Origin: an uncultured delta proteobacterium
Lineage (GTDB): Bacteria > Myxococcota_A > Polyangia > Polyangiales > Houyiibacteriaceae
Reading direction: 5' to 3'
NCBI GenBank assembly: GCA_963786865.1
Contig: CAWBAV010000018.1
Coordinates: forward strand, 79,292-143,291
DNA: 64,000 bases
Shown: one piece after another, positions 24,042-33,532 of the stretch
Position numbering within the stretch: the stretch's first letter is position 1
Layout of the letters: each line of letters starts with the position of its first letter
Position numbers and translations under genes: made by a program
Notes under the pieces: model-generated
The model's database searches: none
The model's input: the letters and a program-made list of their open reading frames with translations, nothing else
Told to the model about the DNA's origin: nothing

Positions 24042-25397
24042 GTGAGTGAAGAGCTGCGGCGCGAGTTCAACGAAAAGGGAATCCGCAAGGTCAAGGTAGG
24101 CGGATTCGACGTCGACGGAGTGCTCCGGGGCAAGTACATCAGCCTCGAGAAATTCTGGTCGGCGCTCGACGACGGCTTCGGCTTTTGCGACGTGATCTTC
24201 GGATGGGATGTCTCCGATCGTCTCTACGACAACGCACTCGTGACGGGCTGGGCGACTGGTTATCCGGACGCCCTGGCCCGAATCGACGCGAGCACTTTCC
24301 GCGTCCTCCCGGACGCTCCGGACACGGCGAACTTCCTAGTCGACTTCTATACGCCGGACGGCACCCCGCATCCGGCCTGTCCCCGCAACTTGCTCAAGAA
24401 GGTCCGGCAGCGCGCTCACGCGGCCGGATTCTCGGCAACGTTCTCGGCCGAGTTCGAGTTCTGGATCTTTCAAGAGACCCCCCAATCGCTTCATGAGAAG
24501 GACTTCCGGAACCTCGAGCCTTTGAGCCCGGGCATGTTCGGCTACTCGTGGCTGCGTGCGGGCCAACATCAGGCCTTGGTCGACGACATCTTGGAGACCT
24601 CGGCGGAATACGACATCGAGATCGAGGGCCTCCACACCGAGACGGGCCCCGGCGTTTGGGAAGCTGCACTGCGCTACGATGACGTCCTCGCCGCTGCGGA
24701 CAAGGCCGCCCTCTTCAAGACCACGCTGAAGCAAATCTGCGCTCGCCACGATCTGGCCGTTACGTTCATGGCGAAGTGGAACGCGGACCTCCCTGGTTCG
24801 AGCGGGCACCTCCACCAGAGCCTCTGGGACGCCAGCGGCCGGATCAACCTCTTCGCAGCCGCGGGCAGCGACACTCTGAGCGAGACGGGACTTCGCTACC
24901 TAGGCGGTCTGGTGAATCTGGCGCCGGAGCTCACGGCGCTCTACTCACCCTTCGTCAACAGCTACAAGCGTTACGTCCCCGGCGTGTGGGCGCCTCTCAA
25001 TGCGTCCTGGGGCATCGAAAACCGAACCTGCGGCTCGCGGGTGATCCTCGGTTCGAGCGACGAAGCCACGCGCATCGAGTTTCGGCAGACGGCTGCCGAC
25101 ATCAATCCATACGTCGCAATGGCCGCCTGCCTCGGCTCGGGTCTCTACGGCATCGAGCACGAGATCGAGCCACCGGCGATGACCACGGGAGACGCGACCA
25201 GCGATAGCGACCCGAGCCTTGCACTGCCCCTCACGCTCGAAGCGGCGGTCGAGCGATTAAGGCAAAGCCAGGCGGCTCGGGCGGCGCTCGGTGACGAATT
25301 CGTCGATCATTTCACGCGCACTCGCGAGTGGGAGTGCCGCGAGTACCGAAAGGCCGTGAGCGATTGGGAGCTCCGTCGATACTTTGAGGCAGTATAG
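24042..25397 (+). CDS. Glutamine synthetase-like (gamma-glutamylating) enzyme
   Basis: DVDGVLRGK, AEFEF, HTETGPGVWE, SSGHLHQS, NSYKR, WGIENR, RIEFR; GTG 24042 after GAGGAGG. Confidence 0.88.
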   Translation: MSEELRREFNEKGIRKVKVGGFDVDGVLRGKYISLEKFWSALDDGFGFCDVIFGWDVSDRLYDNALVTGWATGYPDALARIDASTFRVLPDAPDTANFLVDFYTPDGTPHPACPRNLLKKVRQRAHAAGFSATFSAEFEFWIFQETPQSLHEKDFRNLEPLSPGMFGYSWLRAGQHQALVDDILETSAEYDIEIEGLHTETGPGVWEAALRYDDVLAAADKAALFKTTLKQICARHDLAVTFMAKWNADLPGSSGHLHQSLWDASGRINLFAAAGSDTLSETGLRYLGGLVNLAPELTALYSPFVNSYKRYVPGVWAPLNASWGIENRTCGSRVILGSSDEATRIEFRQTAADINPYVAMAACLGSGLYGIEHEIEPPAMTTGDATSDSDPSLALPLTLEAAVERLRQSQAARAALGDEFVDHFTRTREWECREYRKAVSDWELRRYFEAV

Positions 25398-25406
25398 GTA
25401 ACCAGG

Positions 25407-27113
25407 ATGTTGAAACGCTTCTTGTCGGAACGGCCGCTTCGTCTCCCGCACCTCAGACCCTACGTGCCCAGGCCGAGCGATCCGTCGATCTTCTGGTTCA
25501 ACAGTGAGCGCGACGACGTCGTCGCTGATGTCGTGAAGCGAATCTGTGATGATCACGAAACAGATCGTGAAAGGCTCGAGATGGCTCTGAACGACGCTGC
25601 GTTCCACGAGATTCGACGTCTCGAGAAGCAGCGTGACGAAGAAGCGCGCGATAGACTGGGCTACTGGCGCTCGATGATCCGCCGCATCGGCAAGATGGAT
25701 GACGTCGAACAACGGCGGGTATTGCACACCATCGTGACCACCATGACCCGCGACGTGGCAGGCAACTTCGATCCACGTGTCTATCGCTTCGCGCGGCGGG
25801 CGATTCCGCGTCTGATCGGCGGCGTGATGGAGCCGCGAAGCCTCGGCAAGGAGCTCGTCGGCAGCGCTTCGGATTCGCTCGACCGGGTGTTGAAAGTGCA
25901 GGGCGATCTCGAGCATCTCCGCTACCTCCAAGGCGAGGGAAGCCTGGTCTTCGTGCCGACGCACTCCTCGAACCTCGATTCGATCGTGCTCTCACAAGCA
26001 CTCGAAACCTCCGGCTTGCCCCCCGTCGTCTACGGCGCCGGGAAGAACCTCTTCACGAACCCGATCATCAGCTTTTTCATGCACAACCTAGGGGCCTATC
26101 GAGTCGATCGGAGGATCCGCGTCGGCTTATATAAGGACGTATTGAAGTTGTACTCCCAGGTGATGATCGAGCGCGGATATCATTCGCTTTTCTTCCCGGG
26201 AGGCACGCGAAGCCGTTCTGGAATGATCGAGAGCCGCCTGAAGCTCGGCTTGCTAGGGTCGGCGGTCGAGGCCTTCACGACCAATCGAGTGCGACGCGTC
26301 GATCGGCCGGTCTGGTTCGTTCCGACCACGATCAACTACGCTCTGGTGCTCGAAGCAGAGACGCTCATCAAGGACTGGCTGACCGAGGAAGGGCAGGCCC
26401 GATACATCATCGAGGACGACGAGTTCTCGCGGATCGATCGCTGGTTTGCGTTCTTTCGAAAGATGGTCGGAATGCGCGGCGCTTGCATCATCCGATTCGG
26501 CGAGCCGATCGATCCTTTTGGAAATCGTGTGGACGGGCGCGGGCAATCGCTGACCCCGACAGGAAGGGCGATCGATGCAGGAGGGTACGTCGAACGGCGA
26601 GGCACCCCCGTCGCTGATCCGGCGCGAGACGCAGCGTACACGCGCGAGCTCGGCGAGGTGCTCGCGAAACGCTACGAACAGGACACCGTTCTGATGAGCA
26701 CTCAGGTCGTGGCCCATGTTCTTTATCGCGATCTGGTGCAGACGACACCGGGCATGGACCTCTTCGCCCGTCAACGACTTCGAGGCGAAATCGGTCTCGA
26801 TCGAGAAACTCTCTGCCGCGAGCTTGGGGAAGCGCGCGACCGTCTCGTCGCGCTCGAGGCTCAAGGACGCGTGCGAACCAGCGAAGTCGTGAAGGAGGAC
26901 TCTCCCGACGCGCTGCTGGATCGCGCCCTCACCTTTTGGAGTGGCTACCACGATTCGACGGCGGCCACCACGGAAGGAGACCGCATCGTCATCGGGGACC
27001 CATCCCTTCTTCTTTACTACCAAAATCGCCTCGTTACATTTGCGGAAGCGATCGCAAGCCCCGAGCAATTGGCGGCCGCCTGCGAAATCGAGAACATGGG
27101 GGTCCACCGATGA
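25407..27113 (+). CDS. Glycerol-3-phosphate acyltransferase, PlsB-like
   Basis: PTHSSNLD (HxxxxD), AGKNL, FFPGGTRSRSG. Confidence 0.8.
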   Translation: MLKRFLSERPLRLPHLRPYVPRPSDPSIFWFNSERDDVVADVVKRICDDHETDRERLEMALNDAAFHEIRRLEKQRDEEARDRLGYWRSMIRRIGKMDDVEQRRVLHTIVTTMTRDVAGNFDPRVYRFARRAIPRLIGGVMEPRSLGKELVGSASDSLDRVLKVQGDLEHLRYLQGEGSLVFVPTHSSNLDSIVLSQALETSGLPPVVYGAGKNLFTNPIISFFMHNLGAYRVDRRIRVGLYKDVLKLYSQVMIERGYHSLFFPGGTRSRSGMIESRLKLGLLGSAVEAFTTNRVRRVDRPVWFVPTTINYALVLEAETLIKDWLTEEGQARYIIEDDEFSRIDRWFAFFRKMVGMRGACIIRFGEPIDPFGNRVDGRGQSLTPTGRAIDAGGYVERRGTPVADPARDAAYTRELGEVLAKRYEQDTVLMSTQVVAHVLYRDLVQTTPGMDLFARQRLRGEIGLDRETLCRELGEARDRLVALEAQGRVRTSEVVKEDSPDALLDRALTFWSGYHDSTAATTEGDRIVIGDPSLLLYYQNRLVTFAEAIASPEQLAAACEIENMGVHR

Positions 27114-28045
27114 GCCTTCGAATCGGAGTGGTCGGCGCCGGCGGATTCGGCCGAGCCGTCGCGCTGGCCTCGGCCCGCCACGGACACCAAGTGTCGCTCT
27201 GGAGTCGCCGAGAACGAGAGCTCCCGGATCCGATTCGCGTTACCACGGATTTGATGGAGCTTCGCGAATGCGAGCTGATCTTCTTGGCGGTTCCGGCACG
27301 CCACGCAGAAGAAGTCAGCGAGCAACTCTGCGAAGTCGTCGACGGACGCCATTTGATGGTTCACGTGAGCCGCGGTCTCATCGGCGCCGAGCTCAAGACC
27401 ATCACCCAAGTGATTCGCGAAAAGACCGTTTGCCGACGACTCGGTGTGCTTGCTGGTCCAATCGTGGCGGAGGCCTTGGCTGAAGGTCGTCCGAGCGGAG
27501 CGATTTTGGGATCTCGCTTTCCCGAGCTCACCGCATTGGTGCGTGAAGCACTGGGCGGATCCGAGCTTCGAATGTACGAGACGCGTGACGTCATCGGTGT
27601 GGAGCTCGCAAGCGCCACAGTCGGGTTTCTCACGGTCGTACTGGCATATGCGCAGGAGGTCGGCGTCGATCCCGGAACTCTTGCCGTGCTGGCCACGCGA
27701 GGGATGGTCGAAGTGTCTCGAATTGGCCAAGCACTGGGGGCCAACGAGTCGACGTTCATGGGTCTCGCGGGCCTCGGCGACCTCATTGCCGCCGTCGCGG
27801 GCGATCAACGGCCGGAGCAACTTCTGGGTCGTGCGCTGGCGCGAGGCGCCGACTTGAACAATGCCGTTGGGGAAGCGGGCGCCTATATCGAGGGCATCGA
27901 AGTCGCCCGCCACTTGATGGAGCACGCGCGGCGCCTCGGCCTGGAAACCCCAATATCATCGACTTTCGTCGCCTTGTCCGAGGGTCGCATCAGCCCAGAT
28001 GATGCTATGCATGCGCTCATGGAGAGGCGCGTAGGCAAAGAATGA
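27110..28045 (+). CDS. GpsA-like (NAD(P)H glycerol-3-phosphate dehydrogenase fold) protein with degenerate active site
   Basis: GAGGFG Rossmann motif, AGPIVAE, DVIGVEL, TFMGLAGLGDL, IEG; KN and SRN motifs absent. Confidence 0.75.
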   Translation: MSLRIGVVGAGGFGRAVALASARHGHQVSLWSRRERELPDPIRVTTDLMELRECELIFLAVPARHAEEVSEQLCEVVDGRHLMVHVSRGLIGAELKTITQVIREKTVCRRLGVLAGPIVAEALAEGRPSGAILGSRFPELTALVREALGGSELRMYETRDVIGVELASATVGFLTVVLAYAQEVGVDPGTLAVLATRGMVEVSRIGQALGANESTFMGLAGLGDLIAAVAGDQRPEQLLGRALARGADLNNAVGEAGAYIEGIEVARHLMEHARRLGLETPISSTFVALSEGRISPDDAMHALMERRVGKE

Positions 28046-29217
28046 CGGATTCGAAGAACCTGGTTATCTGGAGCTTCCCGACTCGGGTGCTCCTGGGCGA
28101 CGGCGCGGCGGCCCGCTGCGCCGAAGAGGCGCTGCGACTCGGGGCCTCGCGGGTGCTGCTCGTATCGGACAGAGGGGTCGAGCGAGCCGGACTCCTGGAC
28201 TCCATCCGAAGTGCGCTCGACGCCGCCGGGCTCCAGCATCAGTCGGCCCTCGAGATCTCGTCGAATCCGCTCGAAGCAGAGGTGCTCGGTGCAACGCGCA
28301 AGTTCGATCAGCTCAAAGCCGACTTGATCTTGGCCGTGGGCGGAGGAAGCGTGCTCGACGTCGCCAAGCTGGTCCGTTTGGCGGCCACGCATCCAGGCCC
28401 GCTCGCACAGTACGACGACGCGACCGGCGGTAGCGAGAAGATCCACGGGCCGCTCCCGCCCATGATCGCGATTCCCACGACGGCGGGGACCGGCAGTGAG
28501 GTGGGCCGAAGCGGTGTCGTGACGATTCAATCCACCAACCGTAAAACCGTCATCTTCTCGCCCTTGCTGCTTCCCGACGTAGCGATTCTCGACCCTGAAA
28601 TGACCCGGACGATGCCTCCGAGTATGACAGCAGCGACGGGCATGGATGCGCTGACCCATTGCATCGAAGCGTATGCATCGATCGGTGATCACCCCATGGC
28701 CGATGCAATCGCGCTCGGCGGCGTTCGACTCTGCCGCCGATCACTGAAGACTGCGACAGACGACGGCAGCGACTTGAAGGCGCGCGCGGACATGCTGAAG
28801 GCCGCCATGATGGGAGCCGTCGCATTCCAGAAGGGGCTCGGCGCGTGCCATTCACTCGCGCATCCCTTGTCTGCGGAGTTCGGAATGCACCATGGTCTGG
28901 CAAATGCGATTTGTCTGCCCGCGGTCCTCGACTTCAATCGCGCTGCCGTGCCCGAGCGCATCGCTGAGATCGCGCGTCAACTCGGAGTGCGAGGCAACGA
29001 CGAGAGCACTCTGTCGTTCGAATGCGCGGGCGCAGTTCGGGCGCTTCGAAAATCGATCGGGCTGCCTTCGGACCTGCGTTCGCAGGGGGTCGAGGAGAGC
29101 GACTTGCCGCGCCTCGCGGCCCTCGCCTTCGCCGACTCATGTCACCAGCTCAACCCGCGCCGCTGCACCGAAGACGATCTGCTCGCCCTCTACAAGGCGA
29201 CCCTCGACGATGGCTAG
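28042..29217 (+). CDS. Iron-containing alcohol dehydrogenase
   Basis: GGGSVLD, PTTAGTGSE, DALTHCIE, HSLAH...HHGLANA. Confidence 0.92.
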   Translation: MTDSKNLVIWSFPTRVLLGDGAAARCAEEALRLGASRVLLVSDRGVERAGLLDSIRSALDAAGLQHQSALEISSNPLEAEVLGATRKFDQLKADLILAVGGGSVLDVAKLVRLAATHPGPLAQYDDATGGSEKIHGPLPPMIAIPTTAGTGSEVGRSGVVTIQSTNRKTVIFSPLLLPDVAILDPEMTRTMPPSMTAATGMDALTHCIEAYASIGDHPMADAIALGGVRLCRRSLKTATDDGSDLKARADMLKAAMMGAVAFQKGLGACHSLAHPLSAEFGMHHGLANAICLPAVLDFNRAAVPERIAEIARQLGVRGNDESTLSFECAGAVRALRKSIGLPSDLRSQGVEESDLPRLAALAFADSCHQLNPRRCTEDDLLALYKATLDDG

Positions 29218-29686
29218 GCGCAAGAAGGGGCAACTCGAGTCGATCGGCAAGCTGCTGAAAGGCGTCTATCCTGCCCCGAATGAGCTCGAGGCGGCCAAGG
29301 TGTTTGCATGGTGGAGCCGCTCGGTCCCGCCGCGAATCCTCGAGCACGCACGCCCCGTGCGACTCTCCCGGGGCCTGCTCATCGTGCATGTGAGCTCCTC
29401 GGTCTGGGCGAACGAGCTGCATTATCTCACTGACGATCTTCTCGCGCGACTCCGCGAGGCCGCGCCCACGACTCCCATCGAGAGAATTCGTTTTCAAGTG
29501 GGCCCCCTTCCCGACATCCCCAAACACGCACAGCCAGCACCGGCACCACCGCAACCCGTTCGACTCGCGTCCTTGCCCGAGGAGCTGGGACGCGCGCTAA
29601 GTCGAGTCGAGGACGACGCCTTGAGGAAAGCGATCGCGGACGCGGCAACGACGAGCCTTGCGAGAATCAGAGAGTCGAAGGACTAG
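29210..29686 (+). CDS. DUF721 / DciA-family protein
   Basis: W...VPPRILEHARPVRLSRGLLIVHVSSSVWANEL...IRFQVG. Confidence 0.75.
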   Translation: MARRKKGQLESIGKLLKGVYPAPNELEAAKVFAWWSRSVPPRILEHARPVRLSRGLLIVHVSSSVWANELHYLTDDLLARLREAAPTTPIERIRFQVGPLPDIPKHAQPAPAPPQPVRLASLPEELGRALSRVEDDALRKAIADAATTSLARIRESKD

Positions 29687-29719
29687 GCCGTAGTCGTCTC
29701 GCCGACGCCGACGCTGATC

Positions 29720-30043
29720 TCAGCGGGTGTCTCTCGCGGCGCGGATCATGGCTTCGAGGGTTTCCGCTCCGTCTGCGCTGGCCAGTAGGCCTGCGACATC
29801 CTCTGGCAGGGGTACGGTCGTTGCCCGCAGCGTCGACTCCGTGAGCACGTGAAGGGTCACGCCGAGCTCCTCGGCGATGCGTTTCACCAGATCGACGCCG
29901 GGATCGGCGACTTCCGCATTTTCGAGACGGGCGATCGTTCGGCGCGAAACGCCCACGCGTTCGGCGAGCTCGAGCTGACCGAGTCGGCTCCTGAGCTCTC
30001 GAAGAATGGGAAGGTTGGCGGAAATGACATCGATAGTGGCCAT
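29720..30043 (-). CDS. XRE-family HTH transcriptional regulator
   Basis: QLELAERVGVSRRTIARLENA...KRIAEELGV. Confidence 0.85.
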   Translation of the reverse strand: MATIDVISANLPILRELRSRLGQLELAERVGVSRRTIARLENAEVADPGVDLVKRIAEELGVTLHVLTESTLRATTVPLPEDVAGLLASADGAETLEAMIRAARDTR

Positions 30044-30083
30044 GAACGGACAATATCGTCCACAATTGACGCTGGCAAGGCCG

Positions 30084-30884
30084 TTATTGCCGGGCCAGGC
30101 CCCGGGTCAGGTCGGAAACCAGCGCACGAACCGCGGCGATTGCCTCCTCTTTGCTCGGGGCCTCTTCGATGGTCTGGACGACGGCGCTGCCCACCACCAC
30201 GCCATCCACGTGCGGTGCCACCGCGCGCACGTCGTCCCTGGTCTTCACTCCAAAGCCGATCGCGAGGGGCCGACCGAGCTCACGCTGCAGGACACCCGCT
30301 CTCTTCGAGGCATTCGCCAAGTCTGCTGCCTTGGAGCCCGTTACGCCGGTCATCGAGACATAGTAGATGAACGAGGTGGCCGCGCGCGCCGCCCGTTGAA
30401 TCCGAGCAGGATCGCTGGTCGGCGCGATGAGCGGCACGAAGTCGAGCCCCTTGGCGATTGCAGGCTCCCTCAGTCCGGCGCTCTCCTCAGGAGGCAGATC
30501 GACGATTAGAAAGCCATCGGCTCCGCACTCGGCTGCGTCGTCGACGAGCTTCTGCTCGCCGTAGGCCAGAACGGGATTGTAGTAACCGAAGAGCAAGATC
30601 GGCACCTCCGTCCGGTCGCGGATCGCGCGCACGCAGTCGAGGACCTTCCTGACGTTGGTTCCCGCACGCAGGGAGCGCTCGGCAGCCCGCTGAATCGCGG
30701 GACCGTCGGCGGTTGGATCGCTGAACGGCACGCCGAGCTCGATCACGTCGGCGCCCGCTTCTGCGGCCGCGACTACCAGGTCAGCCGTCGCAAGGAGATC
30801 GGGGTCGCCCGCGCAAAGGTAGATGACGAGCGCTGCGCGATTCTCGTTTCGCGCGTTTTCGAAGGCGTCGGCGATGCGGCCCAC
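30084..30884 (-). CDS. trpA: Tryptophan synthase alpha subunit
   Basis: ELGVPFSDPTADGPAIQ, YYNP, SMTGVTG, DGVVVGSA. Confidence 0.96.
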   Translation of the reverse strand: MGRIADAFENARNENRAALVIYLCAGDPDLLATADLVVAAAEAGADVIELGVPFSDPTADGPAIQRAAERSLRAGTNVRKVLDCVRAIRDRTEVPILLFGYYNPVLAYGEQKLVDDAAECGADGFLIVDLPPEESAGLREPAIAKGLDFVPLIAPTSDPARIQRAARAATSFIYYVSMTGVTGSKAADLANASKRAGVLQRELGRPLAIGFGVKTRDDVRAVAPHVDGVVVGSAVVQTIEEAPSKEEAIAAVRALVSDLTRGLARQ

Positions 30885-30885
30885 C

Positions 30886-32079
30886 TCAGCTCGCCCTTTC
30901 CTTCAGCTTCTCGAGCACCGTCTCGAGATCCTTGTCACCGCGACCCGACAGGCAGACCAGGATGTCGGCCTCGGGACCGAGCTCCTTGGCCAGCGTCGGC
31001 AGATACGCAAATGCGTGGCTCGTTTCGAGCGCAGGGATGATTCCTTCGATCCGGCATAGCTGTTGGAACGCATCGAGCGCGGCGTCGTCGGTCACGGCGG
31101 TGTACGTGGCCCGCCCCGTGTCCTTGAGCCATGCGTGCTCGGGACCGACCCCGGGGTAGTCGAGACCGGCGCTGATCGAATGCGCTTCGACGATTTGCCC
31201 ATCGGCGGTCTGAAGTACGTAGCTCTTGGCGCCGTGCAACACGCCGACGCCGCCGGCGCAGAGGGGAGCCGCATGGTGCCCGGTTTCGATCCCCTCGCCT
31301 GCAGCTTCGACACCGATCAGGCGAACGGATGGGTCGTCGATGAAACCCGCGAAGATCCCCATCGCGTTGGAACCGCCGCCCACGCATGCCACGACCGCAT
31401 CGGGGAGCCTCCCGGCTTGCTTCAGCATCTGTGCTCGCGCTTCCCGGCCGATCACGGACTGATAGTCGCGAACGATCATCGGATACGGATGGGGGCCTGC
31501 GACGGAGCCTACGCAGTAATGCGTCGTGCGAACGTTCGTGACCCAGTCGCGGAGCGCTTCGTTCATCGCGTCCTTCAGAGTCGACGAGCCCGACGTCACC
31601 GAGTGCACCCGAGCGCCCAGCAGCTCCATCCGCCGCACGTTGGGTGCCTGCCGACGAACGTCCTCCGCTCCCATGTAGACCTCGCAGGGCAGCCCCATCA
31701 GCGCACACGCGGTCGCGGTGGCCACGCCATGCTGACCCGCGCCGGTTTCGGCGATGATCCGGGTCTTGCCCATTCGCTTGGCCAGCAAGATTTGTCCGAT
31801 CGTGTTGTTGATCTTGTGGGCACCGGTGTGACAGAGATCCTCGCGCTTGAGCCAGATCCGAGCTCCCACCTTCTCGCTGAGGCGGGACGCGAAGTACGTA
31901 GGCGTCTCGCGCCCTGCGTACTGGTGCAGCAGGGAGTCGAGCTCGGCCTGAAACTCCGGGTCTCGCTGAGATTCCTCGTAGGCCTGAGTCAGCTCATCTA
32001 GCGCAGGCATCAGGGTCTCGGCGACATAGCGCCCGCCGTATGGACCGTAGCGCCCAGGAGCCGGTTCGGGGGGTTGCAT
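30886..32079 (-). CDS. trpB: Tryptophan synthase beta subunit
   Basis: [54 protein letters not shown]; start re-picked at ATG 32079. Confidence 0.96.
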   Translation of the reverse strand: MQPPEPAPGRYGPYGGRYVAETLMPALDELTQAYEESQRDPEFQAELDSLLHQYAGRETPTYFASRLSEKVGARIWLKREDLCHTGAHKINNTIGQILLAKRMGKTRIIAETGAGQHGVATATACALMGLPCEVYMGAEDVRRQAPNVRRMELLGARVHSVTSGSSTLKDAMNEALRDWVTNVRTTHYCVGSVAGPHPYPMIVRDYQSVIGREARAQMLKQAGRLPDAVVACVGGGSNAMGIFAGFIDDPSVRLIGVEAAGEGIETGHHAAPLCAGGVGVLHGAKSYVLQTADGQIVEAHSISAGLDYPGVGPEHAWLKDTGRATYTAVTDDAALDAFQQLCRIEGIIPALETSHAFAYLPTLAKELGPEADILVCLSGRGDKDLETVLEKLKERAS

Positions 32080-32115
32080 GAGGCGTGGAACGTAGCGCAT
32101 AGGAGAGCCCTGCGC

Positions 32116-32910
32116 ATGCACATGAGTGAGCAAAGCAACACGGCCATTCCGCCACTGAATCGAGAGGCCTATGAGCGCATGCTGCAGCGCACGTCCTTCT
32201 TGAGCGAATGGTTTCAACCTAGCATCGAGGGCATCGAAAACCTCCCGACGAAGGAAGGAGCGCTCTTGGTGACCAACCACGGTCACTTCGGCATGGACCT
32301 TCCCGTGCTCCTCCGCCTGATCCTCGAAGGAACCGGCCGGGCGGTGCAATCCCTCGGAGATCGAGTCGTCTTCGCCACCCCGTTCTTTCGGGACATCGCC
32401 CATACGATGGGCGCCATCGAGGGAGAGCCCGAAACGACCGTGCGCTTGTTGGAAGACGACCAGCTGGTGCTCGTCTACCCGGGCGGCGCAAGGGAGGCGC
32501 TCGGCGATCCCTCGGATGCATACCGGCTGCAATGGGAGAACAGCCGGGGCTTCATTCGCACGGCCCTACGCGCTCAAAGACCTATCGTACCGGTCGCAGG
32601 CCTCGGCAACGAAGAGCTCTACGTTCAAGTGGTTGCTCAGGACCGCGTGAGAAGGAGCGGCGTTGGCCGACTCATTTCTCAGCTCTTGGGCGAGAAGTAC
32701 GTGACGCCCATCTACATGGGCCTGGGTCCTCTTCCGTTTCCGACGGAGCTGCACTACATCATCGGACAGCCGATACATCTTCCGTATGGCCCCGATGCGG
32801 CTGAAGATCCGGAGCTCGTCGAGATGCTTCGCCGTGAAGTCACCGAGACGACTCAGCGCTTGATCGACGAAGGTTTGCAAGCCCGAAAGGAACTCGGTTC
32901 AGCTCGGTGA
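32116..32910 (+). CDS. Lysophospholipid/diacylglycerol acyltransferase (PlsC/DGAT2-like)
   Basis: [30 protein letters not shown]; AGGAG upstream. Confidence 0.85.
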   Translation: MHMSEQSNTAIPPLNREAYERMLQRTSFLSEWFQPSIEGIENLPTKEGALLVTNHGHFGMDLPVLLRLILEGTGRAVQSLGDRVVFATPFFRDIAHTMGAIEGEPETTVRLLEDDQLVLVYPGGAREALGDPSDAYRLQWENSRGFIRTALRAQRPIVPVAGLGNEELYVQVVAQDRVRRSGVGRLISQLLGEKYVTPIYMGLGPLPFPTELHYIIGQPIHLPYGPDAAEDPELVEMLRREVTETTQRLIDEGLQARKELGSAR

Positions 32911-32969
32911 ATCCGATTTGCCTCTGGTAAATGCATGCCGACTCTGTATAGTCGCACTGCGGTCCCCAG

Positions 32970-33521
32970 GTGAAGTACAAGCTCTCTCGACGAACCTTTA
33001 CCAAGCTCAGCGTGCTGACGGGTGCCAGCGCGATGGTGCTGCCCGGATGCGGCGACGAACGAGCCGCTCCTTCGGCCTCCGCCAAGCTCAGCGCCGACGA
33101 GCGCGAGCTTTTCGAGCGCTTTTCGGAAGTCTACCTCCCAACCGAAGGCACCTCGCTCAAGCCGCGCTCGGAGGTTCCAGTCGTCGACAACATCGAGCAC
33201 GCGTTCTCTCTCATGGACGCCCCGACACTCGAACAGGTGCGCATCGGGCTCAAGCTGTTCAACCTGGGCTCGATCCTCATCGGGCTCCATTTCGCGCGTT
33301 TCATTCACCTCTCCGCGGAGCACCGGCTGGCGTACGTTCGGAAGTGGGAGGAAGGTATCGAGATTCAACGCGGGATCTCGACCGTCCTCAAGAAGCTGGT
33401 GTGCTACGGCTATTGGAAAGACATCGAAGCAGGCCGTGCGATTGGCTATCAAGGTCCCGTTTCGGAGGCCAGCGGCATCGTGAGCCTTGGCAATGCGCCG
33501 ATGCCCGCAAGCGCGAGTTAG
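32970..33521 (+). CDS. Tat-exported lipoprotein, gluconate-2-dehydrogenase subunit 3-like partner
   Basis: SRRTFTK twin-arginine motif, lipobox LPGC, C-terminal YGYW...IGYQGP. Confidence 0.7.
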   Translation: MKYKLSRRTFTKLSVLTGASAMVLPGCGDERAAPSASAKLSADERELFERFSEVYLPTEGTSLKPRSEVPVVDNIEHAFSLMDAPTLEQVRIGLKLFNLGSILIGLHFARFIHLSAEHRLAYVRKWEEGIEIQRGISTVLKKLVCYGYWKDIEAGRAIGYQGPVSEASGIVSLGNAPMPASAS

Positions 33522-33532
33522 GGAGCACGATC

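Noticed and set aside
30886-32532. 548-aa N-terminally extended TrpB in the ORF track
   Set aside because: The extension is the antisense of the acyltransferase gene; TrpB homology starts near 32079
32918-33532. N-terminal extension of the GMC ORF as a fusion or frameshift
   Set aside because: It overlaps the Tat-lipoprotein gene in another frame, and the GMC has its own GGGAG and GTG at 33533
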